A DNA stretch of 64,000 nucleotides from Candidatus Bathyarchaeota archaeon (GTDB taxonomy: Archaea > Thermoproteota > Bathyarchaeia > TCS64). Position numbers and translations under genes: made by a program. The notes under the pieces are model-generated. The model worked only from the letters and a program-made list of their open reading frames with translations, made no database searches and was not told the DNA's origin. Of this stretch, positions 8,518-16,938 are shown in pieces (the first letter of the stretch is position 1; each line of letters opens with the position of its first letter). The stretch is taken from positions 192,001 through 256,000 of the forward strand of contig CAVYVF010000023.1 of NCBI GenBank assembly GCA_963771885.1, in the 5' to 3' direction.

Positions 8518-10869
8518 ATGTCCGGGCAGAGCCTACATAGGGTCATCGGCAGGGACACACCGAGGAAGGACGGAGTCTCCAAGGTCACTGGGGCGGAGCG
8601 ATTCTCCAGCGACCTCTCAATGCCGGGGATGCTACACGCTCGCATACTCAAGAGCCAGTATCCACACGCGAGAGTCATGAGGATCGACAAGACGGAAGCT
8701 GAGCGGTCTGGAGCAGTCGTCATAACCCCCGACGACGTCCCCGACGCAAGGTTCTGCCCACGCCTCGTGAGCACACCCGAGGCGACCTACAAGGACTGGC
8801 ACATACTCGCGCGCAAGCCCGTCTACGTCGGCGAGCCAGTCGCTGTCGTCATCGCTGAGACCGAGGAAAAGGCGCAGGAGGCGCTTGGGCTCGTCAAGGT
8901 CGAGTATGAGAGGCTCCCCGCCGCGTATGACGCCCTCGAGTCGATGAGGCTCGGTTCCATGCTTCACGACGAGATCACCCTCAAGGGAAGCGACCTCAAG
9001 ATCGAGAGCAACATCGCCTGCACCCTCGACAGCCGGGAGGGCGACGTCGAGGCTGGCTTCAGGGAAGCCGACGTGGTCATCGAGCGGGAGTACAGGACTA
9101 ACCGCCGCTACCACGTCCAGCTGGAGACGAAGAGCGTCCTCGTCAAGCCCGAGCCAGATGGTGGTGTCACTATCTGGAGCACGACGCAGACCCTCCACAA
9201 CACGCGGCTGCTCTTACATGAGATATTTGGGCTCCCGATGGGCAAGATACGCGTCATGAAGGCTGCCCTCGGGGGTAGCTTCGGCTCAAGTATACAGGTC
9301 AACACCGTCGTACCCATTGCCGTCGCAGCCGCCCTCAAGACGCGGCGCCCCATTCGCCTCAGCCTCACACGCGAGGAGGATATGCACGACCACACCAGCT
9401 ACAGCATGATATTCAAGCTCAAGATGGGCGTCAAGCGGAGCGGTAAGCTCACCGCGGGGCACCTCGACGCGTGGCTCGACATCGGCGGACATCAAGTGCA
9501 GGCCTATCCCCTCCTCGGTTGCATAGTCGGGTGGTGGGTGAGCCTCTACAAGCTCCCAGCCAAGAGCTATAGGGGCATCGCAGTCTACACGAATAAGGTA
9601 CCCAGTTGCGCCTTCCGCGGCTATGGCAACCCACAGATGACGTGGGCTACGGAGTGCATGATGGATGAACTCGCTGAGGCGATCGAAATGGACCCTGTCG
9701 ACTTCCGCCTCATGAACTACATCGGGCAGGGCGACCTCTTCTGGGGACAGGGACCTACAGTCAAGAGCATCATCCAGAGCTGCGGAGTCGAGGAGATACT
9801 CAAACGCGGCGCGAAGGAGATCGATTGGTACAACCGCCCCAAGGCGGGGAGCCAAGCTGGTCGCTATCGCCGCGGTATCGGCATGGGGCGCGGATACCAC
9901 ACGAGCAGCGCTGGCGCACCCGTACCGGGGACAGTCGTTGACTTCGGCGGCGCATTCATCAAGTTAAACGAGGACGGTACCTTCGATTACGTTACGGCCC
10001 TTATGGACCACGGTGGAGGAACCGTCGAGGCACACGCGAAGATTATCGCCGAGGAGCTCAGCGTCCCACTCGAGAATGTCAACATCATACAGGCGGATAC
10101 GAGTACAACGGTCTACGACGTCTGCACACACGCGAGTAGGGGCATCTACTCTGGCGGAGGGGCCGCCCTCAAGGTGGCGCGCCAGGTCAAGGACAAGATC
10201 AGGGAGAACGCTAGTAGGATACTCGACGCGTATCCGCACGCCCTCAAGTTCAGGGTGGACACGGCGAAGGGCCAGGGCGTCATCTACGCGGAGGGCGTTG
10301 CTGGGCGCGAGCTGACCTTTAAGGAACTCGCCTACACGATGAGGCATAAGAACTGGGGTACAATCGCCTCCGTCGACAGCTACAGGCAGCCCGCTTGCCC
10401 GCCTCACTTCACGGGCTACTTCGTCGAGGTCGAGGTGGACACGTGGACGGGTAAGGTGCGCCCCATGAAGATCATCGCGGGTGCCGACATCGGGACGGTT
10501 ATCAACCCGACGCTCGCAGCGGGGCAAATACACGGCGGCTTCGCGCAGGGATGGAGCATGACGCTCCTCGAGGACGAGCCTCACGACCCCGTAACCGGCG
10601 ACCTCGTCAACAGGGGCTTCCTCTCCGACTACAAGATTCCCACGGCGCGGGACATGCCTCACCTAGAGGACTTCAAGGTCTTCTTCGTGGACACTTACGA
10701 GGACACGGGACCCTTCGGTGCGAAGGGTATCGGCGAAGGAGCGCTAAACCCTGTCGCCGGAGCGGTCGCTAACGCGATACAAAACGCACTGGGAGTCAGG
10801 TTCTACGACCTCCCAATTACACGCGACAAGATTCTCGCAGCGCTAAACAAGAAGGAGGGTCAGCAATGA
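8518..10869 (+). CDS. Xanthine dehydrogenase family molybdopterin-binding subunit (operon 1)
   Basis: KVTG, GGSFGS, AFRGYG, GQIHGG and GPFGAKGIGE motifs. Confidence 0.92.
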   Translation: MSGQSLHRVIGRDTPRKDGVSKVTGAERFSSDLSMPGMLHARILKSQYPHARVMRIDKTEAERSGAVVITPDDVPDARFCPRLVSTPEATYKDWHILARKPVYVGEPVAVVIAETEEKAQEALGLVKVEYERLPAAYDALESMRLGSMLHDEITLKGSDLKIESNIACTLDSREGDVEAGFREADVVIEREYRTNRRYHVQLETKSVLVKPEPDGGVTIWSTTQTLHNTRLLLHEIFGLPMGKIRVMKAALGGSFGSSIQVNTVVPIAVAAALKTRRPIRLSLTREEDMHDHTSYSMIFKLKMGVKRSGKLTAGHLDAWLDIGGHQVQAYPLLGCIVGWWVSLYKLPAKSYRGIAVYTNKVPSCAFRGYGNPQMTWATECMMDELAEAIEMDPVDFRLMNYIGQGDLFWGQGPTVKSIIQSCGVEEILKRGAKEIDWYNRPKAGSQAGRYRRGIGMGRGYHTSSAGAPVPGTVVDFGGAFIKLNEDGTFDYVTALMDHGGGTVEAHAKIIAEELSVPLENVNIIQADTSTTVYDVCTHASRGIYSGGGAALKVARQVKDKIRENASRILDAYPHALKFRVDTAKGQGVIYAEGVAGRELTFKELAYTMRHKNWGTIASVDSYRQPACPPHFTGYFVEVEVDTWTGKVRPMKIIAGADIGTVINPTLAAGQIHGGFAQGWSMTLLEDEPHDPVTGDLVNRGFLSDYKIPTARDMPHLEDFKVFFVDTYEDTGPFGAKGIGEGALNPVAGAVANAIQNALGVRFYDLPITRDKILAALNKKEGQQ

Positions 10870-11762
10870 GCATCAACACGCACAACACCCACATCGTCCA
10901 CGGCTTCGATTACTACGCCCCAGCCAGCGTCGCTGAGGCGACCAAGCTTCTCGACGAGCACGGTGTCGAAGCGATGATCCTCGCAGGAGGAACTGATCTC
11001 ATCCCAAAGATGAAGCAGGCGATCCTTAAGCCGAGACACGTCGTCAACCTGAAGCACATCCCTGAGCTAGCGGGCGTACGCGAGGAGGCGGAGCAGATCA
11101 GGATCGGGGCACTCACGCGTCTACGCGACCTCGAACGTAGCATAATAGTCACCGAGAAGCTACCCCTCCTCCACGAGGCGGTCACCGCCATCGGCTCAGT
11201 CCAGATACGAAACATGGCGACCGTCGGCGGAAACCTCTGCAACGCGTCTCCGGCGGCGGACAGCGCTCAGGCACTCGTCGCCCTCGGCGCCAAGGCGAAC
11301 ATCGCCGGGCCAAAGGGGGAGAGGAGCATCGAGCTTGAGAGCTTCTTCACGGGGCCCAGCAGGACGGTGCTCGGAAGGGGCGAGCTGCTGGCGAGCCTAA
11401 CCCTCCCCTACCCTGAGGAGGGGAGTAGGGGTGCCTTCATAAAGCTGGGGAGGACGAGCCTAGACCTCGCCACCGTCAGCATCGCCGTCAACGCGAAGAT
11501 GAAGAAGGAGACAGTCGAGAGCATACGCGTCGTCATGGGAGCCGTAGCACCAACACCACTTAGGCTTAGGAACGTCGAGCAGAGCCTAGCGAAGAAGAAG
11601 CTGACCGTCGACGCGATCGAGGAGGCGGGCAAGCTCGTCTCCGAGAGCATCAAGCCCATCACCGACATCAGGGGTACCGCCGAGTACAGGCGCATCGCCT
11701 CGAAGGGGCTCGCTATGGAGGCGCTTACGCGCATCCTCGAAGGCTCAAGGAGGGAAAAGTGA
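10866..11762 (+). CDS. Xanthine dehydrogenase family FAD-binding subunit (operon 1)
   Basis: AGGTDL, QIRNMATVGGNLCNASPAAD, DIRGTAEYR. Confidence 0.92.
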   Translation: MSINTHNTHIVHGFDYYAPASVAEATKLLDEHGVEAMILAGGTDLIPKMKQAILKPRHVVNLKHIPELAGVREEAEQIRIGALTRLRDLERSIIVTEKLPLLHEAVTAIGSVQIRNMATVGGNLCNASPAADSAQALVALGAKANIAGPKGERSIELESFFTGPSRTVLGRGELLASLTLPYPEEGSRGAFIKLGRTSLDLATVSIAVNAKMKKETVESIRVVMGAVAPTPLRLRNVEQSLAKKKLTVDAIEEAGKLVSESIKPITDIRGTAEYRRIASKGLAMEALTRILEGSRREK

Positions 11763-12232
11763 TGAAAATCATTATTAGGGTCAATGGTAAGCCGAAGAGC
11801 TTCGACGTCGAGCCGAACACGCTTCTCCTCAATCTAGTGAGGGACGGGATGCTGCTCACGGGGGCGAAGTACGGGTGTGGTGTCGGCGAGTGCGGCGCAT
11901 GTACGGTGCTCCTCGACGGTGAGTCGGTGCTCGCCTGCATGGTCCTAGCCGTCGACGCGGACGGGCGCAACGTCGAGACCATCGAGGGCCTCGGCGAGTA
12001 CGATAGCCTCAACCCGATACAGGAGGCGTACCTCGAGGAGGGCGCTGTCCAGTGCGGGTTCTGCACACCCGGCTTCATCATGTCGACGAAGGCTCTCCTC
12101 AGCGAGAAGTCCCAGCCGACGGAGACGGAGATCAGGGAGTACCTCAAGGGGAACATGTGTAGGTGCACGGGCTACGTCAATATTGTGCGCGCGGTCCAGT
12201 CCGCCGCTGCGAAGATGAAGGGACCGGGTTGA
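11759..12232 (+). CDS. Xanthine dehydrogenase family 2Fe-2S subunit (operon 1)
   Basis: GCGVGECGAC, QCGFCTPG, GNMCRCTGY. Confidence 0.93.
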   Translation: MMKIIIRVNGKPKSFDVEPNTLLLNLVRDGMLLTGAKYGCGVGECGACTVLLDGESVLACMVLAVDADGRNVETIEGLGEYDSLNPIQEAYLEEGAVQCGFCTPGFIMSTKALLSEKSQPTETEIREYLKGNMCRCTGYVNIVRAVQSAAAKMKGPG

Positions 12233-12813
12233 GAACCGGGGCGGTCGTCCTAGCCGCCGGCAAGAGCAGCCGGATGGGCGCAAACAAGCTCTTATTGGAG
12301 GTTGCGGGGAGGACCGTCCTCGACAGGCTTCTCGACGCGTTGACAAATGGTGTCGACGAGGTCGTCGTTGTCACGGGCAACAACCCGGAGCCGATACGAG
12401 TCATCGCCGAGGCGCACGGTGTCCGCGTCGCCCACAACCCAGAACACGAGAAGGGTATGACGACAAGCTTCCAGACCGGGATAAATGCGCTGGGAAAAGT
12501 CGACGCGGCTTTCCTCGTCCTCGGAGACCAGCTCGGCCTGCGCTCAGAGCTTCTCCGCAAGATGGCGGCGGCGATCGAGGATGTCCCCGGCGCACTCATG
12601 GTGAGCCCGACACACGACGGGAGGAGGGGACACCCCGTGCTCTTCAGGGCAAGTCTCTTCGGCGAGATACTCGCGGTGAAGGGGACGCTAAAAGAGGTCG
12701 TCGACGCCCACGCAGACGCACACATCCACGTCGAGGGGGGAGAGTGGAGCACCCTCGACTTCGACACCCCAGGGGACTTCGAGCGCGCCAAACGCCTATT
12801 CACATGTGCATAA
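12229..12813 (+). CDS. mocA: Molybdenum cofactor cytidylyltransferase (MocA-like)
   Basis: LAAGKSSRMG.NKLL, LGDQ, GHPVLF and DFDTP motifs; TTG at 12229 overlaps the upstream stop. Confidence 0.8.
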   Translation: MRTGAVVLAAGKSSRMGANKLLLEVAGRTVLDRLLDALTNGVDEVVVVTGNNPEPIRVIAEAHGVRVAHNPEHEKGMTTSFQTGINALGKVDAAFLVLGDQLGLRSELLRKMAAAIEDVPGALMVSPTHDGRRGHPVLFRASLFGEILAVKGTLKEVVDAHADAHIHVEGGEWSTLDFDTPGDFERAKRLFTCA

Positions 12814-12946
12814 GCCCATTAAGATACAATTCGCGGCGGAGTAGCGGATATTCGGCCCCCGTTTTTTCTGCTGTTTCGCCCAGGTCTCCATCCGCATACT
12901 ATGCCTCAATCTTATAACGACGTGGACGATTTTCCCCTCGGCGGTC

Positions 12947-13530
12947 TTGTTGGCGAAGAAGATCACTCAGATTGACGTCATCAGTTTGAACGTGGAGTGC
13001 CTCGCGGGGCGCGACGCGATGGAGAAGGTCATGGAGGGGCGGCAGGAGCTTAAACCCAGCGCAGGGGACACCCACTCGCCGAGTGGGTGAAGAGTGCCGT
13101 CGACAGGATGGATGCCCTCCTCACCGAGGAGACGAGGAATGTGATCATGGAGTCCTGCGGCAAGAACTGCAGCGAGGCGAACAGACGGGTCATAGACGCG
13201 GGCATCGCCAAGAGAAGGAAGGCGAAGACCGAGGAGGACTTCATCGACGCCGAGGTCAAGGCATCCAAGGCGAGCGTAAAGCTGGAGAGAGGCGAAGGCG
13301 TACTCTACCAGATCTACACACCCCGTGGCTTCGGCAAAGGGTTGCGCTGCTACTGCAGCCTCACAAGAGGACTCCCCGACTCCGAGAAGATGTCACCGAC
13401 CTACTGCATGTGCGGTGAGGCATTCGCCCGAAACTATTGGCATAGCGTCCTCGGGCGACCCGTAGAGGTCAAGCTCCTAGAGTCGGGGCTCACTGGCTCC
13501 GACGTGTGCCGCTTCGAGATACGCCTCTGA
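12947..13530 (+). CDS. Conserved Cys-containing V4R/DUF6144-like protein, frameshifted near 13070
   Basis: CGKNC, CYC, YCMCG and CRFEI motifs. The upstream frame (LAKKITQ...VMEGRQEL) joins LAEWVKSAVDRMD after a shift. Confidence 0.55.
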
Positions 13531-13574
13531 TCCAGGCGCTAGAGTTAAATCACCTACTTTTCACTCCGGAAGGC

Positions 13575-14012
13575 ATGGACGCGGAAGCAAACGGGGTCAC
13601 CGACGAGTCAACGAAGTGCATCATGGTCATCGACTCGGGGCTCCCCGTCGGGCTTAGGGTGAACACCGCCGGGCTCCTCGGGGCGACGCTCGGCAGGAGG
13701 CTGGAGAGGATAATCGGCCCGGACGTCGTCGACGCCTCGGGGGAGAACCATGTCGGCATACTCAACGTGCCTCTCCCAATTCTCTCCGCTGACGCGGACA
13801 CCATCAAGGCGATCAGGGAGAAAGCTATGAAGACGGGAGGAGTCCTCATCGTCGACTTCACCGAGACGGCGCAGAGGGAGGTACGATACGAGGACTACAC
13901 GGATAAACTGGCTGCGACCCCCGCTGGGGAGCTGAAGTACCTCGGCGTCGCTCTCTACGGGCTTAAGAAAGCGGTGAATAAGCTCGTGGGGAATCTGCCG
14001 CTTCTCCGCTAG
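13575..14012 (+). CDS. DUF2000 family protein (PTH2-like fold)
   Basis: KCIMVIDSGLPVG, VDFTETAQ, LYG.KKAVNKLVGNLPLLR. Confidence 0.75.
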   Translation: MDAEANGVTDESTKCIMVIDSGLPVGLRVNTAGLLGATLGRRLERIIGPDVVDASGENHVGILNVPLPILSADADTIKAIREKAMKTGGVLIVDFTETAQREVRYEDYTDKLAATPAGELKYLGVALYGLKKAVNKLVGNLPLLR

Positions 14013-14788
14013 CACCGCTTCCGCTTTATCATCTCGGCGACGATGCTAACACCTATCTCCTCGGGCGTCTGAGCCCCAACGTCGAGGCCGATAGGCGCGT
14101 ACATCGCGTCAAGGACCTTCTCGTCGAAGCCCTCAGACTTTAACTGCTCCCGGTGCTTCCTCGCCTTGTTGCCGCTGCCTAGCAGACCTATGTATGCGGG
14201 CTTCGCCTTAGCGGCGTGGCGGAGGGCGGCGATCTCGAACGGGGTCTCCCCGTGTAGGACGGCGACGTAGTCGGAGGGACGTATCTCCACCCCGGCTAGG
14301 GACTCGGGGTACTTGCCGCTGACCACTCTCATCCCTGGGAAGTACTCCTGCTTCGCCGTCGGCGCGTCGTCGACGACAATGACCTCGAATCCGCAGTCCT
14401 TCGCGTAGCGGGCGACGGCTTGGGCTATCCAGCCGCTGCCCATGATTATCAGGCGTGGGTCTGGCTTGACTACGTCCATGAATATCTTGACCTCCCCCCC
14501 GCACTTGGAGTCGATGGCGATCATGCCCTCCCTCGGCGGTATCCCCATGGCGAAGTGGAGCGTCCGAGGCTTACCCTCCGCGAGCGCACCCAGCGCCTGC
14601 TCCACAATGAGTCTCTCCATCCCCCCTCCGCCGATGGTGCCCAGCGACTTGCCGTCGGGCGTCACCAGCATCTTAGACCCCGGCTCGCGGGGGCCCGAGC
14701 CCTGCTTCTCGATGAGGGTGCACAATACCACGCTCTGCCCACTTGCGATGAATTCGTTTGCTCGGCGGAATATCTCGGGGTCGCTCAT
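14009..14788 (-). CDS. xdhC: XdhC/CoxI family Moco-insertion chaperone
   Basis: GSGPR, GTIGGG.ME, CGG, YIGLLGS, PIGLDVGAQTPEEIGVSIVAE. Confidence 0.9.
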   Translation of the reverse strand: MSDPEIFRRANEFIASGQSVVLCTLIEKQGSGPREPGSKMLVTPDGKSLGTIGGGGMERLIVEQALGALAEGKPRTLHFAMGIPPREGMIAIDSKCGGEVKIFMDVVKPDPRLIIMGSGWIAQAVARYAKDCGFEVIVVDDAPTAKQEYFPGMRVVSGKYPESLAGVEIRPSDYVAVLHGETPFEIAALRHAAKAKPAYIGLLGSGNKARKHREQLKSEGFDEKVLDAMYAPIGLDVGAQTPEEIGVSIVAEMIKRKRC

Positions 14789-14821
14789 CCCAAGGACTTA
14801 CACACTGATGGTTTAAAACGG

Positions 14822-15169
14822 TTAATCCCGTCTCACGAGGAGTGGGCGCATTGGGGAGAAGGACTCGTAGAGGCGCAGGATGGCCTGCTTCTCCTCCTCG
14901 GTGCACCCGATGAGCACCTTGATCTCGGAGTCCCTCTTGACGAGGTCGACTGTGCAGACGATCGCGTCGATCCTGTCCCGGGGATCGGAGCCGACGAAGA
15001 CGTCGATGCCCTCCTCGTCCATAGAGGATGTGCCCTCGAGATAGCCGTAGTCGACGGGGAAGATGACGGTGTCAGAGCCCCCGTCGTGGGTGCCCCGCGG
15101 GTTGTCGACGATTATCCGGCAATCTGAAACGAGGCGATCCAGGTGCTCCCAGAAGCTGCCGTCCACCAT
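14822..15169 (-). CDS. Small inorganic-pyrophosphatase-like protein
   Basis: PVDYGYLEGT and DxxxIDVF motifs; 115 aa. Confidence 0.65.
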   Translation of the reverse strand: MVDGSFWEHLDRLVSDCRIIVDNPRGTHDGGSDTVIFPVDYGYLEGTSSMDEEGIDVFVGSDPRDRIDAIVCTVDLVKRDSEIKVLIGCTEEEKQAILRLYESFSPMRPLLVRRD

Positions 15170-15289
15170 GCGTCACAATAACCCTATGAATATGATAAAC
15201 ACTACCCAGCATGTGACGCCGATAACATTTTAGAGGGCATTAATCTGTGCAATTAAAACATCCAGAGCGATTCTCATGGTTGAGAGGTT

Positions 15290-15605
15290 GTTCCCCATCG
15301 AAGTCCCGTTACCGTGTACATAGTGAGAACTGGAATATCCCCTTCTTCATGGTGCGAGAGAGGCACGCCCTCTGGATTAATCCCACCTACACCTCAGCCA
15401 GAGGCATCGCGAATGGCGACGCCGTCGCACGTCGATAATGGTCACGAATAATGTCGTCTGCCTGCAGGATGGGGCGTGGCCCACATTCGACGGGGACGGT
15501 GTCGAGATGAGCGGCTCGCCGAACATCCTCGCCCCAACGGAGCAGACGATGCCTAGCCGGGTAACCAGAACGCACATGATATTCGTAGAAGTAGAGAAAA
15601 GCTAG
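15290..15605 (+). pseudogene. Remnant of the C-terminal dinucleotide-binding domain of a DMSO-reductase-family molybdopterin oxidoreductase
   Basis: SPSKSRYRVHS...LWINP...ARGIANGDAV, then in another frame VVCLQDGAWPTFDGDGVE.SGSPNIL....TMPS..TRTHMIFVEVEKS*; the catalytic domains are absent. Confidence 0.65.
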
Positions 15606-16066
15606 TCGGGGGCTATCTTCTCCGCCGCGTCGAGTATTGCCTCGATTATGGCGACGTAACCCGTGCAGCGGCAGATGTTGCCCTCGATGGCCATCTTGAC
15701 CTCGTCCTCGGTGGGGCGCCTGTTGTCCCTGAGCAGCGCGTATGCGCTAAGCAGCATCCCCGGGGTGCAGAAGCCGCATTGGACGGCACCGTTCTCCATG
15801 AACGCCTCGCGCAGCTCCTTCATGAGGGGGTTGTCGACGAGTCCCTCGACTGTGCAGACGTGACGTCCCTCGACCTGCGGCGCGAGTATGATGCACGAGG
15901 TCATCGGGTAGCCGTCGATGAGCACGGTGCACGCCCCGCACTCGCCCTGCTCGCATCCCTTCTTGACGCTCTTCACGCCCAGCTCCTGCCTGAGCATGTC
16001 AACGAGGGTCATCGTGGCCGGCGCCTCGACGTAGACGTCAGCGCCGTTGAGCTCGAAGTTCACCAT
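15602..16066 (-). CDS. Xanthine dehydrogenase family 2Fe-2S subunit (operon 2)
   Basis: GCEQGECGAC, QCGFCTPG, GNICRCTGY; ATG at 16066. Confidence 0.93.
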   Translation of the reverse strand: MVNFELNGADVYVEAPATMTLVDMLRQELGVKSVKKGCEQGECGACTVLIDGYPMTSCIILAPQVEGRHVCTVEGLVDNPLMKELREAFMENGAVQCGFCTPGMLLSAYALLRDNRRPTEDEVKMAIEGNICRCTGYVAIIEAILDAAEKIAPD

Positions 16067-16938
16067 CAGAGTACACCTCCGGCGCGGCTCCACGCTTCAC
16101 GCATGGCGCGCTTGACAAGTACGCCAACCATGTCCCTGCGGTACTCGGCGGTGCCACGGATGTCATCTATGGGTTTGGCCGCCTCGACGCAGCCGGCTGC
16201 CGCCTCGCCAATCAGTTCCTCGCTCATCTTCTTCCCCCTGATCTTGTTCTCGACTGATGGCACGCGTATGGGGGTCGGCGCGACGCTGCCGAGCGCTATC
16301 TTGACCTCCCTCAGCTTTTCGCCGTCCCTCTCCGTGTAGACTGCTGCGTTCACGACGCTGAGAGTGAACCCCCTGCGCCTGCCAATGCGCTGGAAGCTGC
16401 TTCCAGCCCCCCTGATGAGAGGGAAGCGCAGCCCGCCTAGTATCTCGTTCTTCTCCAGCACCGTCATCTTCGGCCCCTTGAACAGCTCCTGAAGAGGTAT
16501 CCAGTGACCCTCCTCAAGGCTGACTATGTGCGCTTCGGCGGCGTGCACGAGGAGCGGTGGCGCCGAGTCGGCGGCGGGGGACGCGTTGCAGAGGTTGCCC
16601 CCAATCGTCCCCCTGTTCCTGATCTGGACGCTACCGATCCACCGCGCTGCGTCGTGCAGAGCCGGCGCCGCCTCCTCTACGAGCTTTGATGCCAGAAGCT
16701 GCGAGTGGGTCGTCGTCGGCCCTATGAGTATGTAACCTTCCTCCTCCTCGACGCCGCGTAGCTCGTCTATGAGCCCGAGGTCGATGAGGTGTACGGATTT
16801 CGAGCCTAGGTCGCGGAAGGCGGGGATGATGTCTGTGCCTCCGGCAATGGGCATCGGGTTGTCGAGGATGCCCATCATTTCCAGCGCCCCCACGAGTGTT
16901 GGCGGTCGGAGCAACTCGAACCCGTTCAGTGGCTTCAT
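16066..16938 (-). CDS. Xanthine dehydrogenase family FAD-binding subunit (operon 2)
   Basis: AGGTDI, QIRNRGTIGGNLCNASPAAD, DIRGTAEYR. Confidence 0.92.
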   Translation of the reverse strand: MKPLNGFELLRPPTLVGALEMMGILDNPMPIAGGTDIIPAFRDLGSKSVHLIDLGLIDELRGVEEEEGYILIGPTTTHSQLLASKLVEEAAPALHDAARWIGSVQIRNRGTIGGNLCNASPAADSAPPLLVHAAEAHIVSLEEGHWIPLQELFKGPKMTVLEKNEILGGLRFPLIRGAGSSFQRIGRRRGFTLSVVNAAVYTERDGEKLREVKIALGSVAPTPIRVPSVENKIRGKKMSEELIGEAAAGCVEAAKPIDDIRGTAEYRRDMVGVLVKRAMREAWSRAGGVL

